From the NCBI GenBank assembly GCA_964515375.1, contig CAZERF010000005.1, positions 22,482-86,481 on the forward strand: DNA of 64,000 nt. The letters run 5' to 3'. Below are positions 39,630 through 48,276 of the stretch, piece after piece (within the stretch, counting starts at the first letter, position 1; every line of letters starts with the position of its first letter). Source of the DNA: an uncultured Candidatus Saccharibacteria bacterium (GTDB taxonomy: Bacteria; Patescibacteriota; Minisyncoccia; Phycocordibacterales; UBA6899). The notes under the pieces are model-generated. The model worked only from the letters and a program-made list of their open reading frames with translations, ran no database searches and was not told the origin of the DNA. The position numbers and the translations under genes are program-made.

Positions 39630-40650
39630 TTATATTTGCTTTCTTGCCTTAATAATTATTCTTGAAAATGGGCACTTTGTCTGACCATTCACAGTCACAG
39701 AAATATCTGTTCGTCCACGATAATTCTTCTCCACACCCAAAGTTTTACCTAAATCTCCAAAAGGTATACCAACAAGTTCAAATTGTTTCGGGTTGTATTT
39801 ATCAAGAAAGGTATCTGGAACACCCATAGCACCCTTGTAGTCAATCGGAATATCTGACACTCTTCCAACTTCAATAGCATCGTAGTTGTCATACTTAGGA
39901 TAGTCATCAGGAGAGTATCTTTTGTAAAGAATTAATTCCTCGTGCCTCTTTGGAGTATCAAGATTGGTGAACCAACTTGTATTCCCCATCGGCATATATT
40001 TTTGTCCTTCAATAACAACAATACTTTTGCTCTCATAATTATCTGGTACAAGGTATTTTTTTGGACCATTATTTATACCCAAGCCACAACTTATTATCTT
40101 GAATCAACGGAAAAATTTCCTTGTAGTGTATGGCGTTATTTGTGCCAATAATCAGAAATTTCTTTTTATGCTCAAATAGCTGTGCAAGATACTCACGAAA
40201 GAGAGAGAACGGAGGATTCGTCACAACAATATCAGCCTCCTTCAGGATCGCAACACACTCATCGCTACGAAAATCACCATTTTGCTTGAGAGGTGTTTTA
40301 ATAACATCGTCGTCATTGATCTTGCCGTTCTCATCCATATCACCGGTCAATTCGAGTTTATACGTGGGCTTTTCGTAATCAAAATGCGTTGTAACTAATT
40401 TCTTGATACCGAGATAAGAAAAATTAAGCGCAAAATAACGCCAAAAGTTGCTTTCGAGAGGATCGTCACAATTACAGAAGATCACCTTCCCTTTCAAGTG
40501 GTGCTTGTAGTGACTCACTTCTTTTTCAATATCGGCGAGTTGTGTGTAAAACTCGTCCTTTTTTGCCTGACTTGCCTTGTGGAGATTCTTGTTTGACGCT
40601 TTCGTTTCCATATCTTCGCAGTGCTCACAAGTGATGATTATGAGTATCAC
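39630..40650 (-). pseudogene. EcoRI-methylase-family N6-adenine DNA methyltransferase, interrupted by a +1 frameshift near 40070-40082
   Basis: N-terminal ORF (40069-40650) has DEFYTQ, CNCDDP, DIVVTNPPFSLFREY, HYKEIFPLIQDNKLWLGYK*. The C-terminal continuation is in another frame (39630-40082). Deleting one nt in 'tataaataatgg' restores about 340 aa. Confidence 0.65.
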
Positions 40651-40687
40651 TTATTGGCAATCTACCACAAAAAATATGATACTCATA
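40638..40687. promoter_or_regulatory. 11-bp perfect inverted repeat (tatgagtatca ... tgatactcata) in the divergent MTase/XRE intergenic region; candidate operator
   Basis: Arms at 40638-40648 and 40677-40687. Confidence 0.4.
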
Positions 40688-40727
40688 GTCCGTCGACTTA
40701 TAAGCATCATCGCCCTACGCTGAAGGG

Positions 40728-40943
40728 GTGAAGAAAAAGAGCAACATCTTAATGCAATTTGGAGAAAGAGTACGCGCATTACGCAAGCAAAAAGGTATCA
40801 GCTCTCAATTGGAGCTTGCACTCAAGACCGGTCTCGACCGCACCTACATCGGCGGGATTGAACGTGGCGAAAGAAATGTTGCTCTCATCAACATCGAAAA
40901 AATAGCAAAAGCCCTCGGAGTGAAGATCGAGGAGCTTTTCTGA
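40728..40943 (+). CDS. XRE-family helix-turn-helix transcriptional regulator (C-protein-like)
   Basis: FGERVRALRKQKGISSQLELALKTGLDRTYIGGIERGERNVALINIEKIAKAL. Confidence 0.85.
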   Translation: MKKKSNILMQFGERVRALRKQKGISSQLELALKTGLDRTYIGGIERGERNVALINIEKIAKALGVKIEELF

Positions 40944-41004
40944 TTCTCAAAAAATGGCGATATTTTGCACCTGTGGGCTCCCCTGTGGCGCAAGGAAGGG
41001 CGGT

Positions 41005-41526
41005 TCACTTGCCGGTGATTCTCCCAACCAGAAGCAAGTCCGAGTACGAACCCGAGATCGAAGGAAATTGTTCGAGTAAAAGCAGATCTTTCACTTTATT
41101 GTGCTCCGCCATATATTGCGTATCATCCCCCTCTTCCCGCATTACGGTTTCAAGCTCAATAAATGTCCCGAGTTTTGCTACGGTGTCAAGATGTATTCTT
41201 GTATTTTTAAAAAGATAGAGATCGCGTCGTTTTTCCACAACAATTTTAACGCCATAGCTTATATCAAGGAGGAATTTAAGGATAGGAACGAAAAATTGGT
41301 AGACTTTTAACATTCGATACGAGGATTCTCTTGTTCCGTTTTTGTTCACCCTGGAATAAAAAATGATTTCCGATCGCCCTCCTTCTTCCCGAATTTTCAG
41401 TCGTTTTGCACCAAGAAGATAGTAGGTATCCTTTTGTTCAAGGACGCCTTGGAATACCGCAAAACCAAGACGGCCCCGCAAAGAAGAGAGTGCGTCGACG
41501 CGTACCTTGATTTCAAGATTTCTCAT
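41005..41526 (-). CDS. CYTH-domain protein (class IV adenylyl cyclase / triphosphate tunnel metalloenzyme family)
   Basis: MRNLEIKVRV N-terminal strand; RLKIREEGG; C-terminal DTVAKLGTFIELE. Overlaps the upstream radical SAM gene by 14 nt. Confidence 0.7.
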   Translation of the reverse strand: MRNLEIKVRVDALSSLRGRLGFAVFQGVLEQKDTYYLLGAKRLKIREEGGRSEIIFYSRVNKNGTRESSYRMLKVYQFFVPILKFLLDISYGVKIVVEKRRDLYLFKNTRIHLDTVAKLGTFIELETVMREEGDDTQYMAEHNKVKDLLLLEQFPSISGSYSDLLLVGRITGK

Positions 41527-42355
41527 GCTTGCTCTTATTTCTTAAAAATTCAATCGCATCTGCTGCTCCCTCAAAAAACTCCCTCCCGCTATTTTGTACG
41601 AGAGAAGAAAGAAATTCCATTTGACCATCTCTCTTGACCATTTGAAAAGAATTTCCAGGAAGCATCCATTGAGGCTGCAGCTCAGATTCTATTTTTGAAA
41701 CATAGTCTGGGAGAAGAATCCTCACCTTGTCTTCCTTCAGGTAAAGAGGTCCTGAGTAGTAGCCAAAACAATAATCCTTTGTTTTATTAATAATATCTTC
41801 TAATTCATGATCAGAAACATCAGGAAGTAACGGGCGTATCGCGGTAGTAGTCGGAATTCCCCTCTGAAAAACAGAGGAGAGGGTTTCGATTCTTTTTTCA
41901 GGGTGAGGCACCCTTGGTTCATATTTTTCTAATAGAGACTCATCTAGACAAGGTAGAGATATGGAAAATGAAAAAATATTTCCATTTTCCTGCATTCTCA
42001 CATTAATCTCTCCTAATGCATCCACAAAACCCTCGGGCAGTGACAACTTTGTAATAACCGAGATATCTCTTCCGTATGTGCTTAATATTTCAAGAATCCT
42101 TAAGGACTCTTGCTTGTTCTGAAAGAACTCAGTATCACAACCAAGCATGATGAGGCGGATATGCTCCGGAAGATTTTGAAGCAACTCAAATTGTTGCTCA
42201 TTGAGATAGGCAACTTTTCGAGATTGCTCCTGAGACATCTCCTCAGCAAAACAATAAGTGCACTCGAGAGGACAACTGAGTTTTGAATACGTTAAAACCC
42301 TTTCTTTGTCCAATTTAAGACCTTGACTCTCAAATGACTCAATCGGATTCTCCAT
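41513..42355 (-). CDS. Radical SAM enzyme, spore-photoproduct-lyase-like (COG1533-type) family
   Basis: CPLECTYCF = CX3CX2C cluster motif 27 aa from the N-terminus. Own TATAAT and AAGGTGA start context at 42360-42395. Confidence 0.7.
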   Translation of the reverse strand: MENPIESFESQGLKLDKERVLTYSKLSCPLECTYCFAEEMSQEQSRKVAYLNEQQFELLQNLPEHIRLIMLGCDTEFFQNKQESLRILEILSTYGRDISVITKLSLPEGFVDALGEINVRMQENGNIFSFSISLPCLDESLLEKYEPRVPHPEKRIETLSSVFQRGIPTTTAIRPLLPDVSDHELEDIINKTKDYCFGYYSGPLYLKEDKVRILLPDYVSKIESELQPQWMLPGNSFQMVKRDGQMEFLSSLVQNSGREFFEGAADAIEFLRNKSKHEKS

Positions 42356-42411
42356 GTGTTCACCTTAATTCGTCTGGATTATACAAGTAGGGCACCTCTA
42401 ACAAATTCATA

Positions 42412-43461
42412 TTAAAGATGTCGCGCCACTTCTTCGACGTGCTTGACGAGCGTATTGGTATACCCCATCTCGTTGTCATACCATGCGAGGACCTTCACCA
42501 GGTCACCTCCAACAACGCGAGTGAGCGCGAGGTCGGCGATCGACCCTTCGAGGCGGCCGACAATATCGGAGGAGACAAGGTCTTCTTCGGTCACCGCAAA
42601 AAGTCCGCTCCAGCGTGCTTCCTTGGCGGCGTCGCGAAGGATCTGATTGACCTCTTCGACCGATGTCGGGCGCTTGGCGATAAAGGTCACATCCGCGATC
42701 GAGCCGGTGATGACCGGAACACGAATTGAAATTCCATCAAAGTTCCCCTTCATGTCGGTAATAACTTCCCCCACGGAGATCGCGGCTCCGGTCGAAGCGG
42801 GGATCATGTTTGCCGATGCCGCGCGACCACCGCGCGCATCCTTGCCGCCGGGTCCGTCGACAACGGCTTGCGTTCCCGTCATTGCATGCGTGGTGTTCAA
42901 AAGTGCCTTGGCGATACCGATCTTCTCGTGCAAGATCTGAATGACCGGAGAGACCGCATTGGTCGTACACGATGCGTTCGACGAGATCTGACATCCGGAG
43001 AGTACATCGTGATTGATTCCCATCAGCACCATCGCGCTTGTCACTCCGTCCGTCGGGGTACCCTTGGCGGGAGCGGTGATCACGACACGTTTTGCGCCGG
43101 AAGCAAGGTGCACCTGCGCTTTGTCGTATGCGGTGAAGTGTCCTGTCGATTCGATCACAATGTCGATATTCAAGCGCGCCCACGGAAGTTTCGTCGCGTC
43201 TTTCTCTTGCACCAAGATCACTTTCTTTCCATCGACGACAAACCCCGCTTCTTCCGTCTCGGTCGCGGGAACAAAAGAAACAGCAAATCCTGTTCTTCCA
43301 TATGCGGTGTCATATTTCAAAAGATACGCCATGTTCTCGGGATCACCGAGATCGTTGACCGCAATGACCTCAATATCCTCACGGTCCTTCACGAGCTTGT
43401 AGAACGCGCGTCCAATGCGTCCGAATCCGTTAATGGCGATACGTACTTTTCTCTCTGACAT
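42412..43461 (-). CDS. gap: Glyceraldehyde-3-phosphate dehydrogenase
   Basis: INGFGRIGR; SNASCTTNAVSP active-site Cys. Confidence 0.95.
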   Translation of the reverse strand: MSERKVRIAINGFGRIGRAFYKLVKDREDIEVIAVNDLGDPENMAYLLKYDTAYGRTGFAVSFVPATETEEAGFVVDGKKVILVQEKDATKLPWARLNIDIVIESTGHFTAYDKAQVHLASGAKRVVITAPAKGTPTDGVTSAMVLMGINHDVLSGCQISSNASCTTNAVSPVIQILHEKIGIAKALLNTTHAMTGTQAVVDGPGGKDARGGRAASANMIPASTGAAISVGEVITDMKGNFDGISIRVPVITGSIADVTFIAKRPTSVEEVNQILRDAAKEARWSGLFAVTEEDLVSSDIVGRLEGSIADLALTRVVGGDLVKVLAWYDNEMGYTNTLVKHVEEVARHL

Positions 43462-43571
43462 AGGAAAATAAGGTTAATGAATATTGAGAAACGCATAGCG
43501 GTGACAACACACTACACGTCGAGTACATTATACCTCAAGACGGGAAGAAACGTCATGTCACGCGAACAGCA

Positions 43572-46505
43572 TCACACCAAAAGATCACTCTTTTGCACAC
43601 CGCCGGAAAGAGTTCGCGGCTCGGTGCGCAATACCTCTTTATAAGTTCCGTCCAACTGTTTCGCCTCAACGGTAATGAAATACTCGCCGGGAGGAACAAG
43701 GAAGTAAAAGCGTCCGAACTCGTCAGCGACCGTCTTTTTCATGATCGTATTCAACCCGGGAAGCCACACCTTCACAAGAGCAAACGGAACGGGCTTGCCA
43801 GTCGCCTTGTCCTTCACGAAGGTGATCTTGTGTGTCACCTTCCACGCAAGTTGGAAGATGAGAATCGCAAGATAGATGCCAACAACAACCATATTCAAGA
43901 CTGAAGGCGTGACCAACAAAGATCCGAGCGAGAAGAGCAATCCGACATAAAAGAGAATATTGAAGATCCACAGACGAACATTCTTGCGACGCGAATAAAC
44001 CTTGAAGACTTGATCTTGATTCTTGGCAAACTCGTTCCAGTCAAACTCTACCGGATCAAGCGGAATATTGTATTGCACCACACCCCCCTCTCGGACATGG
44101 AACGGGTCACCGAAATACAAATTCTCGTAAAACTCATCACGCGCCTTCCCTTTTAATTTGTCGGAGGGGAATTTGTAGTGTGTCTTGTTGGCCTCAATGA
44201 TATATTCGCCGGGATTCAAGAAAAATCCATATCGCCCGTCGAGGTCGGTGATCGCTTCTCCCTTTGACTGTGCTCCATCGCGGATCCGAGCAAGCACGTA
44301 TGCGGGGTCAAGTGGTCGTTTCGTTACCGAGTCATACACGACACCCCACGGCTCATTCTTCTTGCGTCGAAAGATACCGGTCAAAAGTCCGAGGAATTTG
44401 AGGAGGAGGAGATAAAGGTCATAGGCCGACGCGACGTTGGTCGAAAGAAGAATGACCTGAGAGGCACCGACCGCAACGCCGACCGGCGTCGCGACAGGGG
44501 CGACAGTATTGACGGGGTTTTCGATGGTCTCGGTAACCTGCGTCACCACTTGGGCGACGGAAGGAGGGAGGATCTCGGTAAATCTGATCTCGCGGAAGAC
44601 GTCAAAGAAACCCTGGAGTTGTGTAACATTGCCACGCTCCGTATCCAAGACGCGGATCACAAAGGCGCGACTTCCCGCATCTCCGAGCCCGGGAAGGATC
44701 GCATCATAGGCGGTGCGTTCGACGTTGAGTGAAAGTAAAAATGACTGAGTCCCCTTCGCGCCGGAATTTACTGAAAGTGCGATGGTCACAATGCGCGCGG
44801 GGAGCTTTTCGACCGGAATCGAGACGAGGAGCGCGCGTTCTCCGTTCACGCGCACGACACCGTTGCGAGAAAAAAGACGTTTACGCACTTCTCCGATCTC
44901 GAAGAAATTCACATCAGAAAGCGTCAAAGAGGACACTTTCACATCAGGGGTTCCGGTCCCAACAAAGCCAATGAAGGGGTCAGTCGATGTGGGGAGTACG
45001 GGTGGCGGTATCGTAGGTGATGATGTTGACGTAGATCCGGGGATCGTTGTTGTCCCTATTCCACCTCCTCCCGGCGGAGGAGTCTCTCCACCGGGAGGAG
45101 GTGGGGGTGGTGGAGGAGGTGGTGGCGGAGGGGGTGGGGGTGGTGGCGGAGGGGGTGGTGGGTCGATCACCCCCGTCTCGGTCACACCGGAATAGATCGC
45201 GCCCGAAGAGTAATTACCCGAGGTGTCACGCGCGAACGCAGTGTAATAATACCGCGTTCCCGTCGCAAGTCCCACATCGACGACCGATGTCGCGCCTCCG
45301 TCATAAACAAGAACACCATCAAAAGGATCCACAGGATAACCGGTCGTGCCACGCACGACACGCACCGTCGCAAAATCGGAATCAAGCGGATTCACCCACG
45401 AGAGCGCGATTGAATTTAAACTTGGTGTTCCTGAAAAACTTGCAGGGTTTGCAGGCGGGGTCGTATCAGGCGGAGGCGGAGGCGTGAGTGTTCCAAACGA
45501 ACCGGTCACGGGAGCGCTCACATTCCCGGAAAAATCACTTGCGGTAAGACGGTAATAGTACAGAGTTCCCGTCGCAAGCCCACCGATACCCATCGCATGT
45601 GTTGCCCCGTAAGCGATCTCGTTCGCGATCCCGAGTCCATACACCGTTGATGTCCCCCACTCGATCGTTGCGAGTGCCGGCTCATTCGTCAAAAAACTCA
45701 CCGTTGCTGATGTGTACGTCGTACTCGCCAAAACTCCGGAGATAACAGGGGGCGTCGCGTCGATCGTTGCAAAGACCCACGAAGAGTTTCCCGCGATGCC
45801 ACCAAAGTTGTTGCCCGCCTGATCGGCAAATGTCCCTCCGTCTACAGTGACATAATACGTCGTCGCGCTTACCAAAGGAGATGGCAGTGTGATCGTCACA
45901 ATGTTGCCCGACACGCTCACTCCCGACTCCGCGACCGGGATCGTCGCGACAAGTGTATCATCGGAAAGACGGCGAACAACAACATTCCCCGACACCTTAT
46001 TCACAAGTTCGGACATAGCGATAGAGAGCGTCGTATTGAGCACCACTCCAGTTGCACCGTTGGCGGGAGAAAGGGACGAAACAGTCGGAGGATTGGTGTC
46101 GCCTCCGCCACCCCCCGAAGGCGGATCGGTCGTTGCAGAATCACCCGCCGAAGGAACGGAATAATTAAAAGAAGTATCGAAGGCGCGGATCACATATGCA
46201 TAGGTGGTATCACCCGTGAGTCCGGAATCTTGATACGAGATCGCTGTTGTCGTCGCGATCGAAATGCCGTCACGATAAACAACGTAGCCGGAAACCGAAA
46301 CATTATCGGTCGACGACGCCCACACAAGGTTGATCTGCGAAGACGACACAGCGGTCGCGGAGAGGCCGGAAGGAGCGGACGGGGGGACAACATCAGAAAG
46401 CACTGAAAGGCCGATATTGAACTGCTGAGCGGCGACAACAGACCCCGATCCAAAAAAGAACGAGAGCAAGAGGAGTATCGAAAATATACGCGTCAATATC
46501 TTCAT
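43572..46505 (-). CDS. Large surface protein: signal peptide, FN3-like repeats, 25-residue poly-proline tract, C-terminal TM segments and carboxypeptidase-regulatory-like domains
   Basis: Several FN3-type motifs (INLVWASSTDNVSVSGYVVYRDG, TTYAYVIRAFD); P25; GVVYDSVTKRPL...DGRYGF and FALVKVWLPG...GRFYFLVPPGEYFITVEA. Confidence 0.65.
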   Translation of the reverse strand: MKILTRIFSILLLLSFFFGSGSVVAAQQFNIGLSVLSDVVPPSAPSGLSATAVSSSQINLVWASSTDNVSVSGYVVYRDGISIATTTAISYQDSGLTGDTTYAYVIRAFDTSFNYSVPSAGDSATTDPPSGGGGGDTNPPTVSSLSPANGATGVVLNTTLSIAMSELVNKVSGNVVVRRLSDDTLVATIPVAESGVSVSGNIVTITLPSPLVSATTYYVTVDGGTFADQAGNNFGGIAGNSSWVFATIDATPPVISGVLASTTYTSATVSFLTNEPALATIEWGTSTVYGLGIANEIAYGATHAMGIGGLATGTLYYYRLTASDFSGNVSAPVTGSFGTLTPPPPPDTTPPANPASFSGTPSLNSIALSWVNPLDSDFATVRVVRGTTGYPVDPFDGVLVYDGGATSVVDVGLATGTRYYYTAFARDTSGNYSSGAIYSGVTETGVIDPPPPPPPPPPPPPPPPPPPPPPPGGETPPPGGGGIGTTTIPGSTSTSSPTIPPPVLPTSTDPFIGFVGTGTPDVKVSSLTLSDVNFFEIGEVRKRLFSRNGVVRVNGERALLVSIPVEKLPARIVTIALSVNSGAKGTQSFLLSLNVERTAYDAILPGLGDAGSRAFVIRVLDTERGNVTQLQGFFDVFREIRFTEILPPSVAQVVTQVTETIENPVNTVAPVATPVGVAVGASQVILLSTNVASAYDLYLLLLKFLGLLTGIFRRKKNEPWGVVYDSVTKRPLDPAYVLARIRDGAQSKGEAITDLDGRYGFFLNPGEYIIEANKTHYKFPSDKLKGKARDEFYENLYFGDPFHVREGGVVQYNIPLDPVEFDWNEFAKNQDQVFKVYSRRKNVRLWIFNILFYVGLLFSLGSLLVTPSVLNMVVVGIYLAILIFQLAWKVTHKITFVKDKATGKPVPFALVKVWLPGLNTIMKKTVADEFGRFYFLVPPGEYFITVEAKQLDGTYKEVLRTEPRTLSGGVQKSDLLV
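45080..45160. repeat. CCN/GGN microsatellite encoding P25
   Basis: Plus strand (ggn) about 27 repeats. Potential slippage-prone tract inside a surface-protein gene. Confidence 0.7.
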
Positions 46506-46523
46506 GTGAACAAATTACTCCGT

Positions 46524-47276
46524 CTAAAGCGCCATGACCGTCAAGGAAACGACGGCTTGATACGAACCGGCGGGCTGCACATACGCGGCGTCCGCTTGCG
46601 CACGAAAACGGAGTGTCGTCAGTGACCCTGTCGGGTGATTCGGAGTAGCGCGAGAGACAACAGAGAGCGGTGCCGTCGAAAGCCCCTGCCAACATGCTGA
46701 GGGGGTATCTCCTCCTCCAACACCACACAAAACTCCATTGTCACGAAAGGAAGAAATGATATCGGACCCTTCGGGGGTGAACCCGAAACGAGAAGATGCG
46801 GGAGGTGTGACGAAAGAGAGATCGGGAAATGCCCCCAAGGGGACATAATCCGCAAAACTATCGCCACCTGAAGCGAGCGCGGGAGAGGTTGAGGCGCGGA
46901 TGGTCATCGCATAACCCGAAAGGTTGTCCGTTGTTACCGTGACGCCGGTCGTTCCGTCCGCGATTCCACCACCGACCGAAGGAATATTCGGCAATAATGT
47001 CACATTGCCCGGAAGCGTAACAGAGAGATACACGTCACGCATTTGCTGATAACCCGCCTTCACCGCATAAGACGCACTTGCCGATGCTCCCACACCCGAC
47101 TCGCCCACAGTATCTTCGATCGAATACGAAGGCGACACGGAAAGTCCGCCGCCCGAGTTCACACTATCGGCTTCAATGACATAATTCGTGCTTGAAGCTA
47201 CATAGGCAGAAACAATCGGAACGCAAACAACCGAGCAAAAAAGGAACGACAAAAGAATGAAGAAGGAATTTCTCAT
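46524..47276 (-). CDS. Secreted hypothetical protein
   Basis: Signal peptide MRNSFFILLSFLFCSVVCVPIVSA; Gly/Ser/Thr-rich. Confidence 0.45.
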   Translation of the reverse strand: MRNSFFILLSFLFCSVVCVPIVSAYVASSTNYVIEADSVNSGGGLSVSPSYSIEDTVGESGVGASASASYAVKAGYQQMRDVYLSVTLPGNVTLLPNIPSVGGGIADGTTGVTVTTDNLSGYAMTIRASTSPALASGGDSFADYVPLGAFPDLSFVTPPASSRFGFTPEGSDIISSFRDNGVLCGVGGGDTPSACWQGLSTAPLSVVSRATPNHPTGSLTTLRFRAQADAAYVQPAGSYQAVVSLTVMAL

Positions 47277-48226
47277 GATGCGGAAATAGAGTTTCGAGAA
47301 AGACGCAATGAGCGCCAAATGAGGTATCCCAAAAAAAGCACGAAAAGAAGAATGAGGGCAAGTGTTATGACTCCGGGAAGTACGAAGAATTGCACCGCGA
47401 GCGTATCAATATCTTCTCCATACCCACGCGCGAGCGAAAGCGTTGCGGTGTAGGGACCGGGAGGCAACGTGTCCGTAAGGAAGACCTCGCGGAGGCGTGT
47501 TGAGCCGGGCAAGACCGCGTAGGGATCGACGAGTACGTGGGATGGTTCTCCCCAAAATCCGGAGATACTGATCGTTCCGTGAGGATTCAAATACACATCA
47601 CCCGAATTAAGAAATGAGAGGTGGAAACGGATCGGGCGGTCTTCGTCGGGAGAAGAAAGAAAACGTTCCGCATTGAGAATCCCAAAGGCGACAAGCTTCC
47701 CTTCTTCCTTGACCGCCCCTTCGATCCGCACAAAGAGAGGTACAGCGATACGACTTTCAACCGCAACTTCTCCACCAAGCGACGAGTCAGTGGGAGACAC
47801 ACGAAAGACCACCGAACCATAACGACCGCCGGGGAGTATCTCGCTCGGTACCGCAACACGCACGGAGACACTCTCCTCTCTCCCCGGTCGCAACATGAGA
47901 TCCGTGCGCACAGTCGAAAGAAAGGGGCGCAATGAGTTTGTCCCACTATCGGAACCAAGCAGACGCACTGGGGAATCTTGCGGACCCTGCTGAGCTTCCG
48001 CTGCAATATCTTCAAAAGCAACATCGACGCGCAACAAGGAAAGTGTGCCGTTCTTGATCGTCAAGACGACCTCGCGTTCTTCGCCCGGAGCAAGCGTAAC
48101 CTCGGCGCGTGCGGGAGAGACCGTGATCGTCCCGGAGAGGTTGTTCTCCGCAGACGCCTCATGAAAAGAAAAGAACATCAAGGGCAACAAAAACAAGGAC
48201 ACCGCTCTTCGGAAGTGATTCTTCAT
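47273..48226 (-). CDS. Secreted protein with C-terminal TM anchor (DUF916-like topology)
   Basis: Signal peptide MKNHFRRAVSLFLLPLMFFSFHEASA. C-terminal VITLALILLFVLFLGYLIWRSLR anchor. Confidence 0.45.
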   Translation of the reverse strand: MKNHFRRAVSLFLLPLMFFSFHEASAENNLSGTITVSPARAEVTLAPGEEREVVLTIKNGTLSLLRVDVAFEDIAAEAQQGPQDSPVRLLGSDSGTNSLRPFLSTVRTDLMLRPGREESVSVRVAVPSEILPGGRYGSVVFRVSPTDSSLGGEVAVESRIAVPLFVRIEGAVKEEGKLVAFGILNAERFLSSPDEDRPIRFHLSFLNSGDVYLNPHGTISISGFWGEPSHVLVDPYAVLPGSTRLREVFLTDTLPPGPYTATLSLARGYGEDIDTLAVQFFVLPGVITLALILLFVLFLGYLIWRSLRLSRNSISAS

Positions 48227-48276
48227 GTTCTTTATTATAGGCCAAAAATGGGCAAGCGTCACACCCGGAAAGAGTA

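Noticed and set aside
40728-40943. XRE protein as a type II toxin-antitoxin antitoxin.
   Set aside because: No adjacent small toxin ORF is co-oriented with it. It is followed by convergent genes, so the controller/regulator interpretation was preferred.
45047-45180. Poly-G tract as a G-quadruplex or regulatory element (plus-strand ORF 44782-45195 with a Gly run).
   Set aside because: It is the antisense of the proline-coding CCN repeat within a well-supported minus-strand gene. A coding explanation suffices.
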